Shown piece after piece: positions 37,759 through 47,144 of a stretch of DNA of 64,000 bases; within the stretch, counting starts at the first letter, position 1; every line of letters starts with the position of its first letter. The notes under the pieces were generated by a model. It made no database searches. It saw only the letters and a list, made by a program, of their open reading frames with translations, and was not told where the DNA came from. The stretch comes from Porphyromonas sp. (GTDB lineage: Bacteria > Bacteroidota > Bacteroidia > Bacteroidales > Porphyromonadaceae). The translations under genes were made by a program, and so were the position numbers. The DNA lies in NCBI GenBank assembly GCA_030532005.1, contig JAUNLZ010000001.1, forward strand, positions 7,242-71,241. Reading direction: 5' to 3'.

Positions 37759-39456
37759 TCACTTCAAGGCCGACTGGAAGAAACTCTGTGTGGCATAGCG
37801 GGCAAACTCCTTGTCATTAAGGAACTTGGCTGCCATACTTGGGTTGAGTCTCACCGCATTTCTCACACCGTCCACAATCACACCGGTTTGCGAAGTACGC
37901 GCGCCGATCAGAGCTTGGAGGTAGTAGGTGATGGCATCTTTCTTGATGATCTGATTGAGCAACTCATTGGCGCGGTTGTAGTCTCTATTGAGGATCTGCG
38001 CCAATACACCGTTGTTGGTAGCATCATCGTAGAGCGTACGCGCCGCCTCGGCGTATTGACCGTGTTGGATCTGCATCAAACCGATAGCGCCATTGAGTTC
38101 GGGAACATCCGCCACCTGCCCGATGAGCGTCTCAAACTCTTGATTATTGCCATTAATCATCTCGATCAGCCCTTGATTCATCTTGACCTCGGGGAGGTAT
38201 TGGATCTTGGCGGCCCTCTCAAAGTAACCGTTGGCTACAGAGTAGTTGCCCTCTTCGTAGGCCAAAGCGCCCAAGTTGGAGAAGGCACGAGCATCGTTGG
38301 GGAATTGGACGATCGCTTGGTTGTAGATGCGACGTTTCTCGGCAACATTGTCGGTCAAAGTAGCGGAGTAGAGCAGCTCCTCCACATTGAGTTTGCCCGG
38401 GTTGTTCTTGGAGAGTGTAGCGATCTCTTCGTCACTCTTGCCGATGATTTCGATATTGGCGATCAATCTCGAGCGACGGAGCTTTGGCAAAATCTCGTCT
38501 GCCAATTGGCTGAATACCGAAGAGATATTCTTGATCTCACGCTCACGCGTCTCGGGATCTTGGTACATAGAGAGCACAGAGAGGATCAACTCTTTGTCCT
38601 GGATATCGGACTGCTCTACCAACTGTTGGAAACCTTCCCAGTCCTGAGCCGTATAGTGTGCAGACATCGGCACATCTACCTTGGCGCGATCTAAGTCTCT
38701 CTTGATTTGAGACGAAGTGTTGCGCTCTCTCTGAGCGGAGAGTTTTTCATTGAGTTCGCGACCTCCGTCAGGCGAAGCGTATGCTTGGATCTCCACATCC
38801 ACATTTTGATTAGGGGTGATATCGGCACTCTCCACGATACCTTTCCACTCCCTCACCTCTTTAGAATTGAGCTCCGAGCTGCGGACATTGGCTTGTTGGA
38901 TAAGGAAGTGGATGTCGGCATCATACTTCTCTTTGATAATCCTTTGGAAAGCGTCCGGAGCAATGGCGGGAGTGACAAACTCGGCACTTGCCAGAGCCTC
39001 GGTGGCAATCACGCCCTCACCGATCTTAACCTCGGGGAGCGTCACCTCTTTGCCATTGATCCGTGCCGAGAAGATCAGCACCAAATCGCTCTTGGCCATC
39101 TCCGGTTTATAGCGGAAGTTAGAGTTGAGCGTCACCGTTTTAGGATTGCTGTAAGGTACGGAGGTGGCGTTGCCACGCACCTTTTCGCCTTGGAAGTTGT
39201 AGGTGGTGCCCCACACTTCGCCATTAGCAAACTTTAATACCGGGGTGATACGCACCTCAGCATTTTTATTAAACCACTTGGCGGGGAAAGTGACTCTAAT
39301 GGTGGCAGGCACTTGACCGCCCTGCAACACCAAGGGTTGTGGATCAACTGTCACCTGACGTGCGTCAAGGGGCTTCAACTTGCCGGCACAACTGCTCAAT
39401 ACCAACGCCATCGCGGCGGCAAAGAGTGAGCCTAATACCAGATTTCTAAACTTCAT
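37759..39456 (-). CDS. Lipoprotein with an OmpA-like domain and TPR repeats
   Basis: Lipobox LSSC; AYASPDG...NEKLSAQR; C-terminal TPRs (AFSNLGAL). Confidence 0.75.
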   Translation of the reverse strand: MKFRNLVLGSLFAAAMALVLSSCAGKLKPLDARQVTVDPQPLVLQGGQVPATIRVTFPAKWFNKNAEVRITPVLKFANGEVWGTTYNFQGEKVRGNATSVPYSNPKTVTLNSNFRYKPEMAKSDLVLIFSARINGKEVTLPEVKIGEGVIATEALASAEFVTPAIAPDAFQRIIKEKYDADIHFLIQQANVRSSELNSKEVREWKGIVESADITPNQNVDVEIQAYASPDGGRELNEKLSAQRERNTSSQIKRDLDRAKVDVPMSAHYTAQDWEGFQQLVEQSDIQDKELILSVLSMYQDPETREREIKNISSVFSQLADEILPKLRRSRLIANIEIIGKSDEEIATLSKNNPGKLNVEELLYSATLTDNVAEKRRIYNQAIVQFPNDARAFSNLGALAYEEGNYSVANGYFERAAKIQYLPEVKMNQGLIEMINGNNQEFETLIGQVADVPELNGAIGLMQIQHGQYAEAARTLYDDATNNGVLAQILNRDYNRANELLNQIIKKDAITYYLQALIGARTSQTGVIVDGVRNAVRLNPSMAAKFLNDKEFARYATQSFFQSALK

Positions 39457-39492
39457 ACTTAATAATATTAACGTTAAATGTTTATATCAAGA

Positions 39493-39599
39493 CAAATATA
39501 CCAATTAATCAGAGACCTCAAAGCCCACCGGCAGACGAGTCTTATGCCTCATCGTTGTGCTTGGCGCGTCGTGCCGCTTCCTCTTTTTTTGTATCTTTG
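39493..39599. promoter_or_regulatory. Divergent -7 promoter elements (TATATTTG minus at 39493-39500; TATCTTTG plus at 39592-39599)
   Basis: Two TAnnTTTG matches, each facing one of the flanking genes. Confidence 0.55.
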
Positions 39600-39665
39600 G
39601 TTATCGGTAAAGGTTTGTCACACCCCGAGGTATGACAAATGTTAATGTTGTACTGATGATATATT

Positions 39666-41093
39666 ATGGTTATGGATATAAGTAGAAGAGTATGGTTGGC
39701 AACGGTGTTAACAGCGTTGTTTAGCATCGCCGGTTTTGCCCAAAAGATAGGGGTGCCGACCACCCGTTGTGATGTGGGCTTGTTTTATCAAATCAGTTAT
39801 CAAGCCAATTGGGGTGATTCGCACGCCATTGTGGTGGAGGTCATTCCCGGTCTGCCCGCCGATGTTGCAGGGATCAAAGCGGGAGATATTATCGAGACGA
39901 TCAACGGTGTGAGCTCTCAGGAGATGAGCGAAGAGGAAATCAATAATGTGCTCCTCAATCCTAATGAGGGTACGGTAGATATGGAGGTGAGTAATTTCGG
40001 CTACACCAAGAAAAAGGTGACCATCCGCAAGAGGTGTGTGCCTGTCAACGCTATCTCGGAAGCTATGCTGGCACGCTCCTTTAATATGTATAGCTTGGAG
40101 GATGTCACCAACCGTCGATTTGCGATGCCGTTTACCTATAAGGCTCCGGAGAAAATCGACTTCCGTCAGTACGGCTCTTTTAGCTTTGCCACCGGTCGCA
40201 AGCCTACCGTTTTGCAAAGTAGTGTACACGATGCTTTGGTAAAGAAAGGATTGGAGTATGTACAATCGGGCGGCGATTTGACAGTCTCTGTAGGGGCAAG
40301 GTTGGAAGCCAACCCGGAATATAGGAGCGGAGCGGAAAGCGAAGCCGAACAGGGCATGAAAAACTATAGGGTCAACGCTCAGACGGGTGATATACAGCAA
40401 TACCCCTTCCACAGCCTTAACTCACCCGCATTTGTAGGCACACATCTATTGAGTATGACCATAGAGATTGCTGATGCCAAGGCGGGGAAATTGATTTGGA
40501 GTGTCTCTGCCGGGGAGCGTCTCAATGGTGAGTATGGATTGGAGAGCTATGCACAGAACTTCACTCCTCTGATGTTGAGCAACTTCCCCTTTGTGCGGTA
40601 CATCTCCAACCCCAGTTTTGTACTCCACAAAAACACCTATCGCTCAATTGGCATCTATCTTGATGCCGAAGACCTGCAACGCATATTGTGGGTGGAGAAG
40701 GACAGCCCCGCCGACAAAGCCGGTCTGCACGTCGGTGATCGTATCTTGACCATCAACGGCCTGCCTTTGGATAGCTCGGTGGATAAAATGACTCGTGCTT
40801 ATATCGACTTTATCAAGAAGACTCTCAAGCACCGTGACGAGGAGAGTCGATTCCCAAGTAGTGACGGCTTCCAGACCAACAAGTATTGGAGGCTTGACAG
40901 GTATGCCGATATTGCTTTGGTGATGCAAGATCCGAAGAATAAAGCGGCGTTTAGCTACCTATTTAGCCACCGCGACTATGTGCACACCACACCTATCACC
41001 GATATTGTGCTTGAGATCAAGAGAGGTGAGGAGGTGATCCCGATTGCCATGAAACCGGTATTGAAGAAAGAGGACTATATTGAGCTACTGTAA
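39666..41093 (+). CDS. Exported PDZ - DUF4136-like - PDZ protein
   Basis: Signal peptide; PADVAGIKAGDIIETING and SPADKAGLHVGDRILTING PDZ motifs flank a DF..Y.SFSF...DAKAGKLIW region. Confidence 0.75.
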   Translation: MVMDISRRVWLATVLTALFSIAGFAQKIGVPTTRCDVGLFYQISYQANWGDSHAIVVEVIPGLPADVAGIKAGDIIETINGVSSQEMSEEEINNVLLNPNEGTVDMEVSNFGYTKKKVTIRKRCVPVNAISEAMLARSFNMYSLEDVTNRRFAMPFTYKAPEKIDFRQYGSFSFATGRKPTVLQSSVHDALVKKGLEYVQSGGDLTVSVGARLEANPEYRSGAESEAEQGMKNYRVNAQTGDIQQYPFHSLNSPAFVGTHLLSMTIEIADAKAGKLIWSVSAGERLNGEYGLESYAQNFTPLMLSNFPFVRYISNPSFVLHKNTYRSIGIYLDAEDLQRILWVEKDSPADKAGLHVGDRILTINGLPLDSSVDKMTRAYIDFIKKTLKHRDEESRFPSSDGFQTNKYWRLDRYADIALVMQDPKNKAAFSYLFSHRDYVHTTPITDIVLEIKRGEEVIPIAMKPVLKKEDYIELL

Positions 41094-41169
41094 GGGAACT
41101 ACAGTAAGAGGAATGGCTGCGGGGGAGTTATGACAAGGAATATTTGCAATAGGAAAGATTGAACAAAGT

Positions 41170-42573
41170 ATGAAAAGATGGATGATAGGGCTGGCACTGA
41201 CCCTCTTTGCCTGCTCGGCGTATGCCACCGACTATAAGAGTCAAAGACCGACAGAGGATCAACGCCTCTTTACCTCGCCGACGGTGGAACGTGACATAGT
41301 CCGTGTGCAAGAACTTTTGACACACGATAAACTCAGATGGATGTTTGGCAATTGTATGCCTAACACCCTTGACACCACGGTGCATTATAGATTGGACGCC
41401 GACGGCAAACCGGAGACCTTTGTCTACACGGGTGACATAGCTGCCATGTGGCTCAGAGACAGCGGCGCTCAGGTGTGGCCTTACCTTAGGTATGCACACC
41501 AAGATGCCAAGATCCGGAAGATGCTTGAGGGGGTCATCAGGATGCAATTCAAACAAATCAACTTGGATCCCTATGCCAATGCCTTTTTGGACGGGCCGAT
41601 AGAGTCACACTGGAAGACGGATGAGACTTTGATGCTCCCCGGGGTACACGAGAGGAAATGGGAGATCGACTCGCTGTGCTATCCGATCCGATTGGCGTAT
41701 GAGTATTGGAAGCGGACGAATGACGTCTCTATTTTTGATGAGTCGTGGCTCTCCGCCGCACAAAAAATAGTGGCCACCTTTAAGGATCAGCAACGGAAGG
41801 AGGGCAACGGCAATTACCGCTTTTTACGTGTGACCGACCGCAGTACCGACGGCAAGAGCAACATCGGATGGGGCGAACCTGTAAAGCCGGTGGGATTGAT
41901 CGTGAGTGCGTTCCGTCCGAGTGATGATTCGACCCACTACCAATTTTTAGTTCCCAGCAATTTTATGGCGGTCTCTTCGCTCCGCAAGATGGCGGAGATC
42001 TTGACCGCTGTCAATAAAAATCAAACCCTCGCCGATGAGTGCAACGCTCTCGCGGACGAGGTGGAACAAGCCCTCCATACCTATGCTGTCTATGACCACC
42101 CTCAGTTTGGTAAGATCTACGCCTACGAGGTGGACGGCTTTGGCAACCACAATTTGATGGATGACTCTAACGTCCCCAGCCTTCTCGGTATGGCTTACTT
42201 GGGTGATGTGGCTATGGACGACCCCATCTACCGCAACACCCGCAACTTTGTCCTCAGTGAGCACAACCCCTACTTCTTTAAAGGTACGGCCGGCGAGGGC
42301 ATAGGCGGCCCTCACGTCGGCTATGATATGATCTGGCCTATGAGTATCATGATGCGGGCGTTTACATCGCAAGACGATGCCGAGATCGCCTACTGTATGC
42401 AGATGTTGTTGGACACCGATGCAGAGACCGGATTTATGCACGAATCTTTCCATAAGGACGATCCGAAGAAGTTTACCCGCTCTTGGTTTGCTTGGCAAAA
42501 TTCGCTCTTCGGAGAATTGGTGCTCCGTCTGATAGATGAAGGCCAATTGGATCTACTCAACGGATTGAAGTGA
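41170..42573 (+). CDS. Glycoside hydrolase family 125 (exo-alpha-1,6-mannosidase-like), exported
   Basis: PNTLDTT, TGDIAAMWLRDS, HERKWEIDSLCYP, FRPSDD, MDDSNVPSL, FTRSWFAWQNSLFGE. Confidence 0.93.
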   Translation: MKRWMIGLALTLFACSAYATDYKSQRPTEDQRLFTSPTVERDIVRVQELLTHDKLRWMFGNCMPNTLDTTVHYRLDADGKPETFVYTGDIAAMWLRDSGAQVWPYLRYAHQDAKIRKMLEGVIRMQFKQINLDPYANAFLDGPIESHWKTDETLMLPGVHERKWEIDSLCYPIRLAYEYWKRTNDVSIFDESWLSAAQKIVATFKDQQRKEGNGNYRFLRVTDRSTDGKSNIGWGEPVKPVGLIVSAFRPSDDSTHYQFLVPSNFMAVSSLRKMAEILTAVNKNQTLADECNALADEVEQALHTYAVYDHPQFGKIYAYEVDGFGNHNLMDDSNVPSLLGMAYLGDVAMDDPIYRNTRNFVLSEHNPYFFKGTAGEGIGGPHVGYDMIWPMSIMMRAFTSQDDAEIAYCMQMLLDTDAETGFMHESFHKDDPKKFTRSWFAWQNSLFGELVLRLIDEGQLDLLNGLK

Positions 42574-43238
42574 TGAGGAAGACCCTTTACCTCCTGTTGT
42601 TCGTGATAGGGTCGCTCACAGCAATGGGTCAGAAACCTGTGATGCGTGACCTCTTTGTCTCCATGCCTCGTGAGGTGATGCCGTCTCTGACGGAGGAGAC
42701 GAAGCAACAATTGGTGGATAATTATGACGCTCTGCAAAAGGGAGAGATCCCCGTCCGGAATGCTCGGAGCCTCTTCTTTGCTCCCGCCAAGGTGACCCGC
42801 CTGACCGACACCTATATAGAGGTGACTCTTGACACGGCCTCCACCCTGCAACTGAAGCGGGTACCGGCGAGACGCGGAGGCTACCTGATCAGTATGGTAC
42901 TGACGAGTGAGGAGGCGCCCAAACAGTCGGTCATCCTCTTTTATGACAAGAAGTGGAACAAACGCCCCACCCCCGATGCGATCGAGCGACTGAGTGTATC
43001 GGATTTCTTGATGGACAAGAAGGCTTTGTCGCACAATGAGGTGAAACAGATGTTTGGGGCTCTCGGCACACTGGCCTACCTCTATCACTGGTCGCCCGAT
43101 CGTGACGAACTGCAAGTCCGACTCACATCTTTTGATACCGATATCAATAAAGGTCTATTCCCTCAAGCCAAAAAGTGGCTCAAGCCGGAAGGTGTCACCC
43201 TTATGTGGCACAGAGGGAAGCTAAAAATAGAGAGATAA
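42570..43238 (+). CDS. Exported DUF3256-like protein
   Basis: Signal peptide; LFVSMP..VMPSL, S.ILFYDKKW. Confidence 0.65.
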   Translation: MMRKTLYLLLFVIGSLTAMGQKPVMRDLFVSMPREVMPSLTEETKQQLVDNYDALQKGEIPVRNARSLFFAPAKVTRLTDTYIEVTLDTASTLQLKRVPARRGGYLISMVLTSEEAPKQSVILFYDKKWNKRPTPDAIERLSVSDFLMDKKALSHNEVKQMFGALGTLAYLYHWSPDRDELQVRLTSFDTDINKGLFPQAKKWLKPEGVTLMWHRGKLKIER

Positions 43239-43241
43239 CGT

Positions 43242-44135
43242 ATGACACCGGAAGATAAAGCAAGGCAGCGCAAAACGCTCTTGATAATGGGTGGCATCTT
43301 TTTGGTGCTATTCATCGGCATTGGTATATATGTCATCCTTAACCAGCGAAAGCAAATAAAAGATATACAGGAGATTGCCGAGTTCGAAAAGCAAACTCTG
43401 CAAGAGGAGTACAACGAGGTGGCTCTGCAGTACGAAGGCTTTAAGATCGAGGTGAGCAATGATTCTATACTCCATCAGTTGGAGTCGGAGCAAGCCAAGG
43501 TACAACGGCTGATGGAGGAGTTGCGAGTGGTCAAGAGTACCAACGCCGCCCGCATCTCGGAATTGCGTCGGGAGTTGGAGACGCTCCGCAAGATGCTGCG
43601 CCACTATGTGGTGCAGATCGATTCGCTCAACCGTGCCAATGCAGAGTTGCGCAGCGAAAATCAAGAGGTCAAACGGCGTATCTCCCAAGTCACCTCCGAG
43701 CGTACCCAGCTGAGGCAGGAAAAGGAGAAATTGGTGGAGCAAGTGACCCTTGCCAGCAAATTATCGGTCTCCAACTTTTCGGCCCGACCGCTTAACTCCA
43801 GGGGAAAATCGACCAACAGCATTCGTAAGATGAAGCAAATTGAGTTCCTCTTTACGATTGATAAAAACGTCACCGCCGAACCGGGATTTAGGGAGGTCTA
43901 TATGCGGATATCCACTCCGGATGATCTCTTGCTTGAGAAGCCTGCCGAGAGCGGCACGTTTGATTTTGAAGGGGGACAAGTGCCCTACTCCATCAAACGT
44001 CAGGTGGAGTATGGCGGTGAGCCGACCACCCTCACGATGTATTGGGATATCGAAGAATACCTGATAGAGGGGACTTATCGTGTCGAACTTTTTGCCGACG
44101 GATACATCATCGGGCGTTTCACCTTTGAGCTATAA
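43242..44135 (+). CDS. Membrane-anchored coiled-coil protein with a C-terminal beta domain
   Basis: N-terminal TM, long heptad region (ELETLRKMLRHYVVQIDSLN), GTYRVELFADG C-terminus. Confidence 0.7.
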   Translation: MTPEDKARQRKTLLIMGGIFLVLFIGIGIYVILNQRKQIKDIQEIAEFEKQTLQEEYNEVALQYEGFKIEVSNDSILHQLESEQAKVQRLMEELRVVKSTNAARISELRRELETLRKMLRHYVVQIDSLNRANAELRSENQEVKRRISQVTSERTQLRQEKEKLVEQVTLASKLSVSNFSARPLNSRGKSTNSIRKMKQIEFLFTIDKNVTAEPGFREVYMRISTPDDLLLEKPAESGTFDFEGGQVPYSIKRQVEYGGEPTTLTMYWDIEEYLIEGTYRVELFADGYIIGRFTFEL

Positions 44136-44161
44136 GAACGATTACTTTATAGACAGCTTTA

Positions 44162-44659
44162 ATGATCATGGAGACGCAACCGCAGTTTAACGCCCACGGC
44201 AAGAAAGAGTACCCACCCATGCACACGGCTGAGCATATCATCAACAGGGCTATGTGTCGGCTGTTTGATACCGGACGGAGTATCAACGCTCACGTGGAGC
44301 GTAAAAAATCGCGTTTGGACTTCCGCACCGACCGACCTATGGGGGATGCCGAAGCCAAAGCCTTGGAAGATGAGGTCAATAGGGTAATCGCCCAAGATCT
44401 GCCCGTTACCTACCGACTCTCTACCCGCCAAGAGGCGGAAGCGTATGATGTAGACCTCAGTAGGATCCCCGAGGATTCGTCCGAGGCGGTACGCATCGTC
44501 TTGGTCGGAGATTATGACAGTTGTCTCTGCATCGGTGACCATGTAACACACACCCTACAGATAGGCAGAGTGGAGATTTACTCCAACGCCTACGATCCTG
44601 AGCAAGCCCGATGGCGTATCAGATACCGACTCCACGATGCCGATCCAAGCTTTGAATAA
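44162..44659 (+). CDS. Stand-alone AlaX-like tRNA editing domain (ThrRS/AlaRS SAD fold)
   Basis: HTAEH (HxxxH) and CIGDH (CxxxH-type) zinc ligands, RLDF, VRIV. Confidence 0.8.
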   Translation: MIMETQPQFNAHGKKEYPPMHTAEHIINRAMCRLFDTGRSINAHVERKKSRLDFRTDRPMGDAEAKALEDEVNRVIAQDLPVTYRLSTRQEAEAYDVDLSRIPEDSSEAVRIVLVGDYDSCLCIGDHVTHTLQIGRVEIYSNAYDPEQARWRIRYRLHDADPSFE

Positions 44660-44678
44660 CCATATAAACCTATCACGA

Positions 44679-45059
44679 ATGATGGAACTAAAGAGTAGAT
44701 TTGACCACTTTAATTTTAATGTATTTGACCTGCAACGCAGTTTGGACTTTTATCAGAAAGCGTTGGGTCTAAAAGAGGTGAAGCGAAAAGAGGCGGCCGA
44801 CGGTTCTTTTATCTTGGTCTATCTTGGTGATAGCGCCACAGGATTTACCCTTGAATTGACCTGGTTGCGTGACCGTGAGACCCCGTACAACTTGGGCGAC
44901 TTGGAGTACCACCTCTGCCTCAGGGTTGAGGGTGACTACGACGAGTGGCGCGAGTACCACAGGGAGATGGGTTGCATCTGCTACGAGAACCACGACATGG
45001 GCTTATATTTTATCAATGATCCGGACGGCTACTGGATCGAGATATTGCCGGTCAAATAA
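44679..45059 (+). CDS. gloA: Glyoxalase I / VOC family (lactoylglutathione lyase-like)
   Basis: H..FNV.DL.RSLDFY, LELTW, YFINDPDGYWIEI; start ATG 44679 or 44682. Confidence 0.82.
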   Translation: MMELKSRFDHFNFNVFDLQRSLDFYQKALGLKEVKRKEAADGSFILVYLGDSATGFTLELTWLRDRETPYNLGDLEYHLCLRVEGDYDEWREYHREMGCICYENHDMGLYFINDPDGYWIEILPVK

Positions 45060-45063
45060 ACCT

Positions 45064-46083
45064 ATGGCAGAGGTCAGATCCGGTGTAATAGAGAGCCAAC
45101 ACAAGATGCAGATCAAGAGGCGGCTGAATAAAGCCTACAAAAGCCTTTTGGATCGCAACATCGTCGAGGACTATACAGGATTGGCGGAGATGCTGAAAAT
45201 GAATACCTCTACCGTGAGGGGGGCATTCAGCTACGGCTCGCCCTATCTTTCCTACCGTTTTTTAGACCGCTTTATGAAGGTCTTTGGGGATCAATTCTCC
45301 AAGGAGTGGCTCTACGACGGTATCGGGGCTATGCGTGCGCGCGTTGACGTCACTCCTGACGAAACTCGCGAAGAGCGTTGGAAACGGGTCGCATACATCG
45401 TCAATCACGAGCGTCTGTCTGTCCAAGACTTTGCCAAAGAGATCGGACTGACACATCCCAGCACCATCTATCGCGCGCTACAAAACAAGACCCGCCCCAA
45501 CGACCAGACGTTAGAACTGATCCACCAACGTTTCCCACAATACAACAGGGAGTGGTTGTTTAAGGGCAGAGGCGAGATCTACAACCTCCCCGTGACCGAA
45601 GCCTCCTACAAGGGTGCCGCACCCTATCAGATTGTTGAGACGATGGAATTTCCCATTGTTCCCGATGCCGCCTCCGCCGGACGTCTCTCCAACTATGGCG
45701 ACTTTGACCCCAATAGCTTGGCGAGTATGATAGTACCGGTGGAGCGGAGGTACAAAGGGCACTATTACATCTTTACCGTCCGAGGTATTTCGATGGACGA
45801 CGGCACCACCGATGCGCTGTGCGACGGCGACAAAATCTTGTGTCGCGAGGTGGCGCGCAATTATTGGTCCGACGGATTGCACCGCCGCAGTTGGCCCTAT
45901 TTCGTTTTTGCCACACTGACAGAGGGGATTATCGTCAAACAGGTGATTGACCAAGACTTGGTCGCCGACACCATCACCTGTCACAGTCTCAATCCCGCCT
46001 ATCCGGATATCGTCCTACATCTAAAAGACATCGTAGGCATCTACAACGTCGTGGAGTTGGTCAGCCGCTCCATGAAGCGGTGA
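45064..46083 (+). CDS. LexA/CI-like repressor: two HTH domains plus S24 peptidase
   Basis: Two repeats ending EWLxxGxG; ASAG cleavage-like site; VRGISM (Ser) and IVKQV (Lys); HSLNPAYPD; true start ATG 45064. Confidence 0.8.
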   Translation: MAEVRSGVIESQHKMQIKRRLNKAYKSLLDRNIVEDYTGLAEMLKMNTSTVRGAFSYGSPYLSYRFLDRFMKVFGDQFSKEWLYDGIGAMRARVDVTPDETREERWKRVAYIVNHERLSVQDFAKEIGLTHPSTIYRALQNKTRPNDQTLELIHQRFPQYNREWLFKGRGEIYNLPVTEASYKGAAPYQIVETMEFPIVPDAASAGRLSNYGDFDPNSLASMIVPVERRYKGHYYIFTVRGISMDDGTTDALCDGDKILCREVARNYWSDGLHRRSWPYFVFATLTEGIIVKQVIDQDLVADTITCHSLNPAYPDIVLHLKDIVGIYNVVELVSRSMKR

Positions 46084-46125
46084 GGCAGCTCCATCAACAC
46101 TACTTATCAGGTGGGAGGAAAATAG

Positions 46126-46133
46126 TATATTTG
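46126..46133 (+). promoter_or_regulatory. -7 promoter element (TATATTTG)
   Basis: TAnnTTTG match 19 nt upstream of the rluA-like ATG. Confidence 0.55.
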
Positions 46134-46152
46134 TGCGTTAGAGTCAAGTGAA

Positions 46153-47058
46153 ATGGAGAATAAGAGAGAGCAAATCAGATCCAACCCCACCCCCGTACAG
46201 GAACGGTACAGAGCGGAGGAGGAGGCCTCACTGTTGGAGGTGTTGATGGTAAAATCGGCACGCAACAGAACCTCCGCCAAGCAGGTCATCGCATCGGGAC
46301 GTGTATCAGTAGATGATAGATGGACGACTCGCGCCACGGAGACGGTGAGTGCCGGGACAGTGATCACGGTGCATAAAGGGGTGCCGCCCGCACCTTTTAC
46401 CCACCCCAAGTTGGAGATTGTGTGGGAAAACAATGATTATGTGGTGGCTCACAAAAAGAACGGGCTGCCCACCGTCAATACGTCGCACAACAAACGCCAA
46501 GATACCGCTCTTTTCCTACTGAGCCGACACTATAAAAAGGGCGACGAAGAGGCCAAGATCTTTATGGTCAATCGTCTGGACCGCAACACGGCCGGGTTTG
46601 TCGTATTTGCCAAGAACATCAACGCCAAGGAGTTGTTGGTCAAGGAGTGGTCTCGCAGAGTCAAACGACAGACGTTTGTCGCTTGCATTGAAGGGGAATT
46701 AGAGGGCAAGGAGACGGTACTCTCCGCCACCTCCGATGACACCAAAGGAAATAGTCCCAAGCTGATCAGCGCCCGGGTCAAGGTCGATAAGAGTGGCGCC
46801 AACGACGGGATGCACATAGTGCAGGCGGAGGTGGGCGGGGTCAGGATTTTTTCGCTCCGTAAGCTCTTTGGTGACAATGGCCTGAGCATTATGGGGGATG
46901 TGCGTTCGAAGAGTCAGTTTAAGACCGACAACAGCATCGCTTTGGAGCAGATCGCCTTGGAGATTACTTTCCCGGGCGAACAGGGTACCAAGCATTTTGA
47001 GCGCCCTTATCCGACACACTATTTTTCTTGGCTCCGATATGATAAAAAGGAGATATAA
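46153..47058 (+). CDS. RluA/RluD-family pseudouridine synthase-like protein with S4 domain (divergent)
   Basis: S4-like N-terminus, HKKNGL, VNRLDRNTAG with the catalytic Asp; later motifs are eroded. Confidence 0.78.
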   Translation: MENKREQIRSNPTPVQERYRAEEEASLLEVLMVKSARNRTSAKQVIASGRVSVDDRWTTRATETVSAGTVITVHKGVPPAPFTHPKLEIVWENNDYVVAHKKNGLPTVNTSHNKRQDTALFLLSRHYKKGDEEAKIFMVNRLDRNTAGFVVFAKNINAKELLVKEWSRRVKRQTFVACIEGELEGKETVLSATSDDTKGNSPKLISARVKVDKSGANDGMHIVQAEVGGVRIFSLRKLFGDNGLSIMGDVRSKSQFKTDNSIALEQIALEITFPGEQGTKHFERPYPTHYFSWLRYDKKEI

Positions 47059-47144
47059 CCGGGCTGCCATTGAACTTTTCTATATATGATGATTGTTTGA
47101 TAGGTAAATGGTTGGTTATTGAGAAATCAAGAATTCAGATATTT

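Noticed and set aside
45064-46083. Prophage or ICE around the repressor gene
   Set aside because: There are no integrase, structural, replication or conjugation genes, and the flanks are housekeeping genes.
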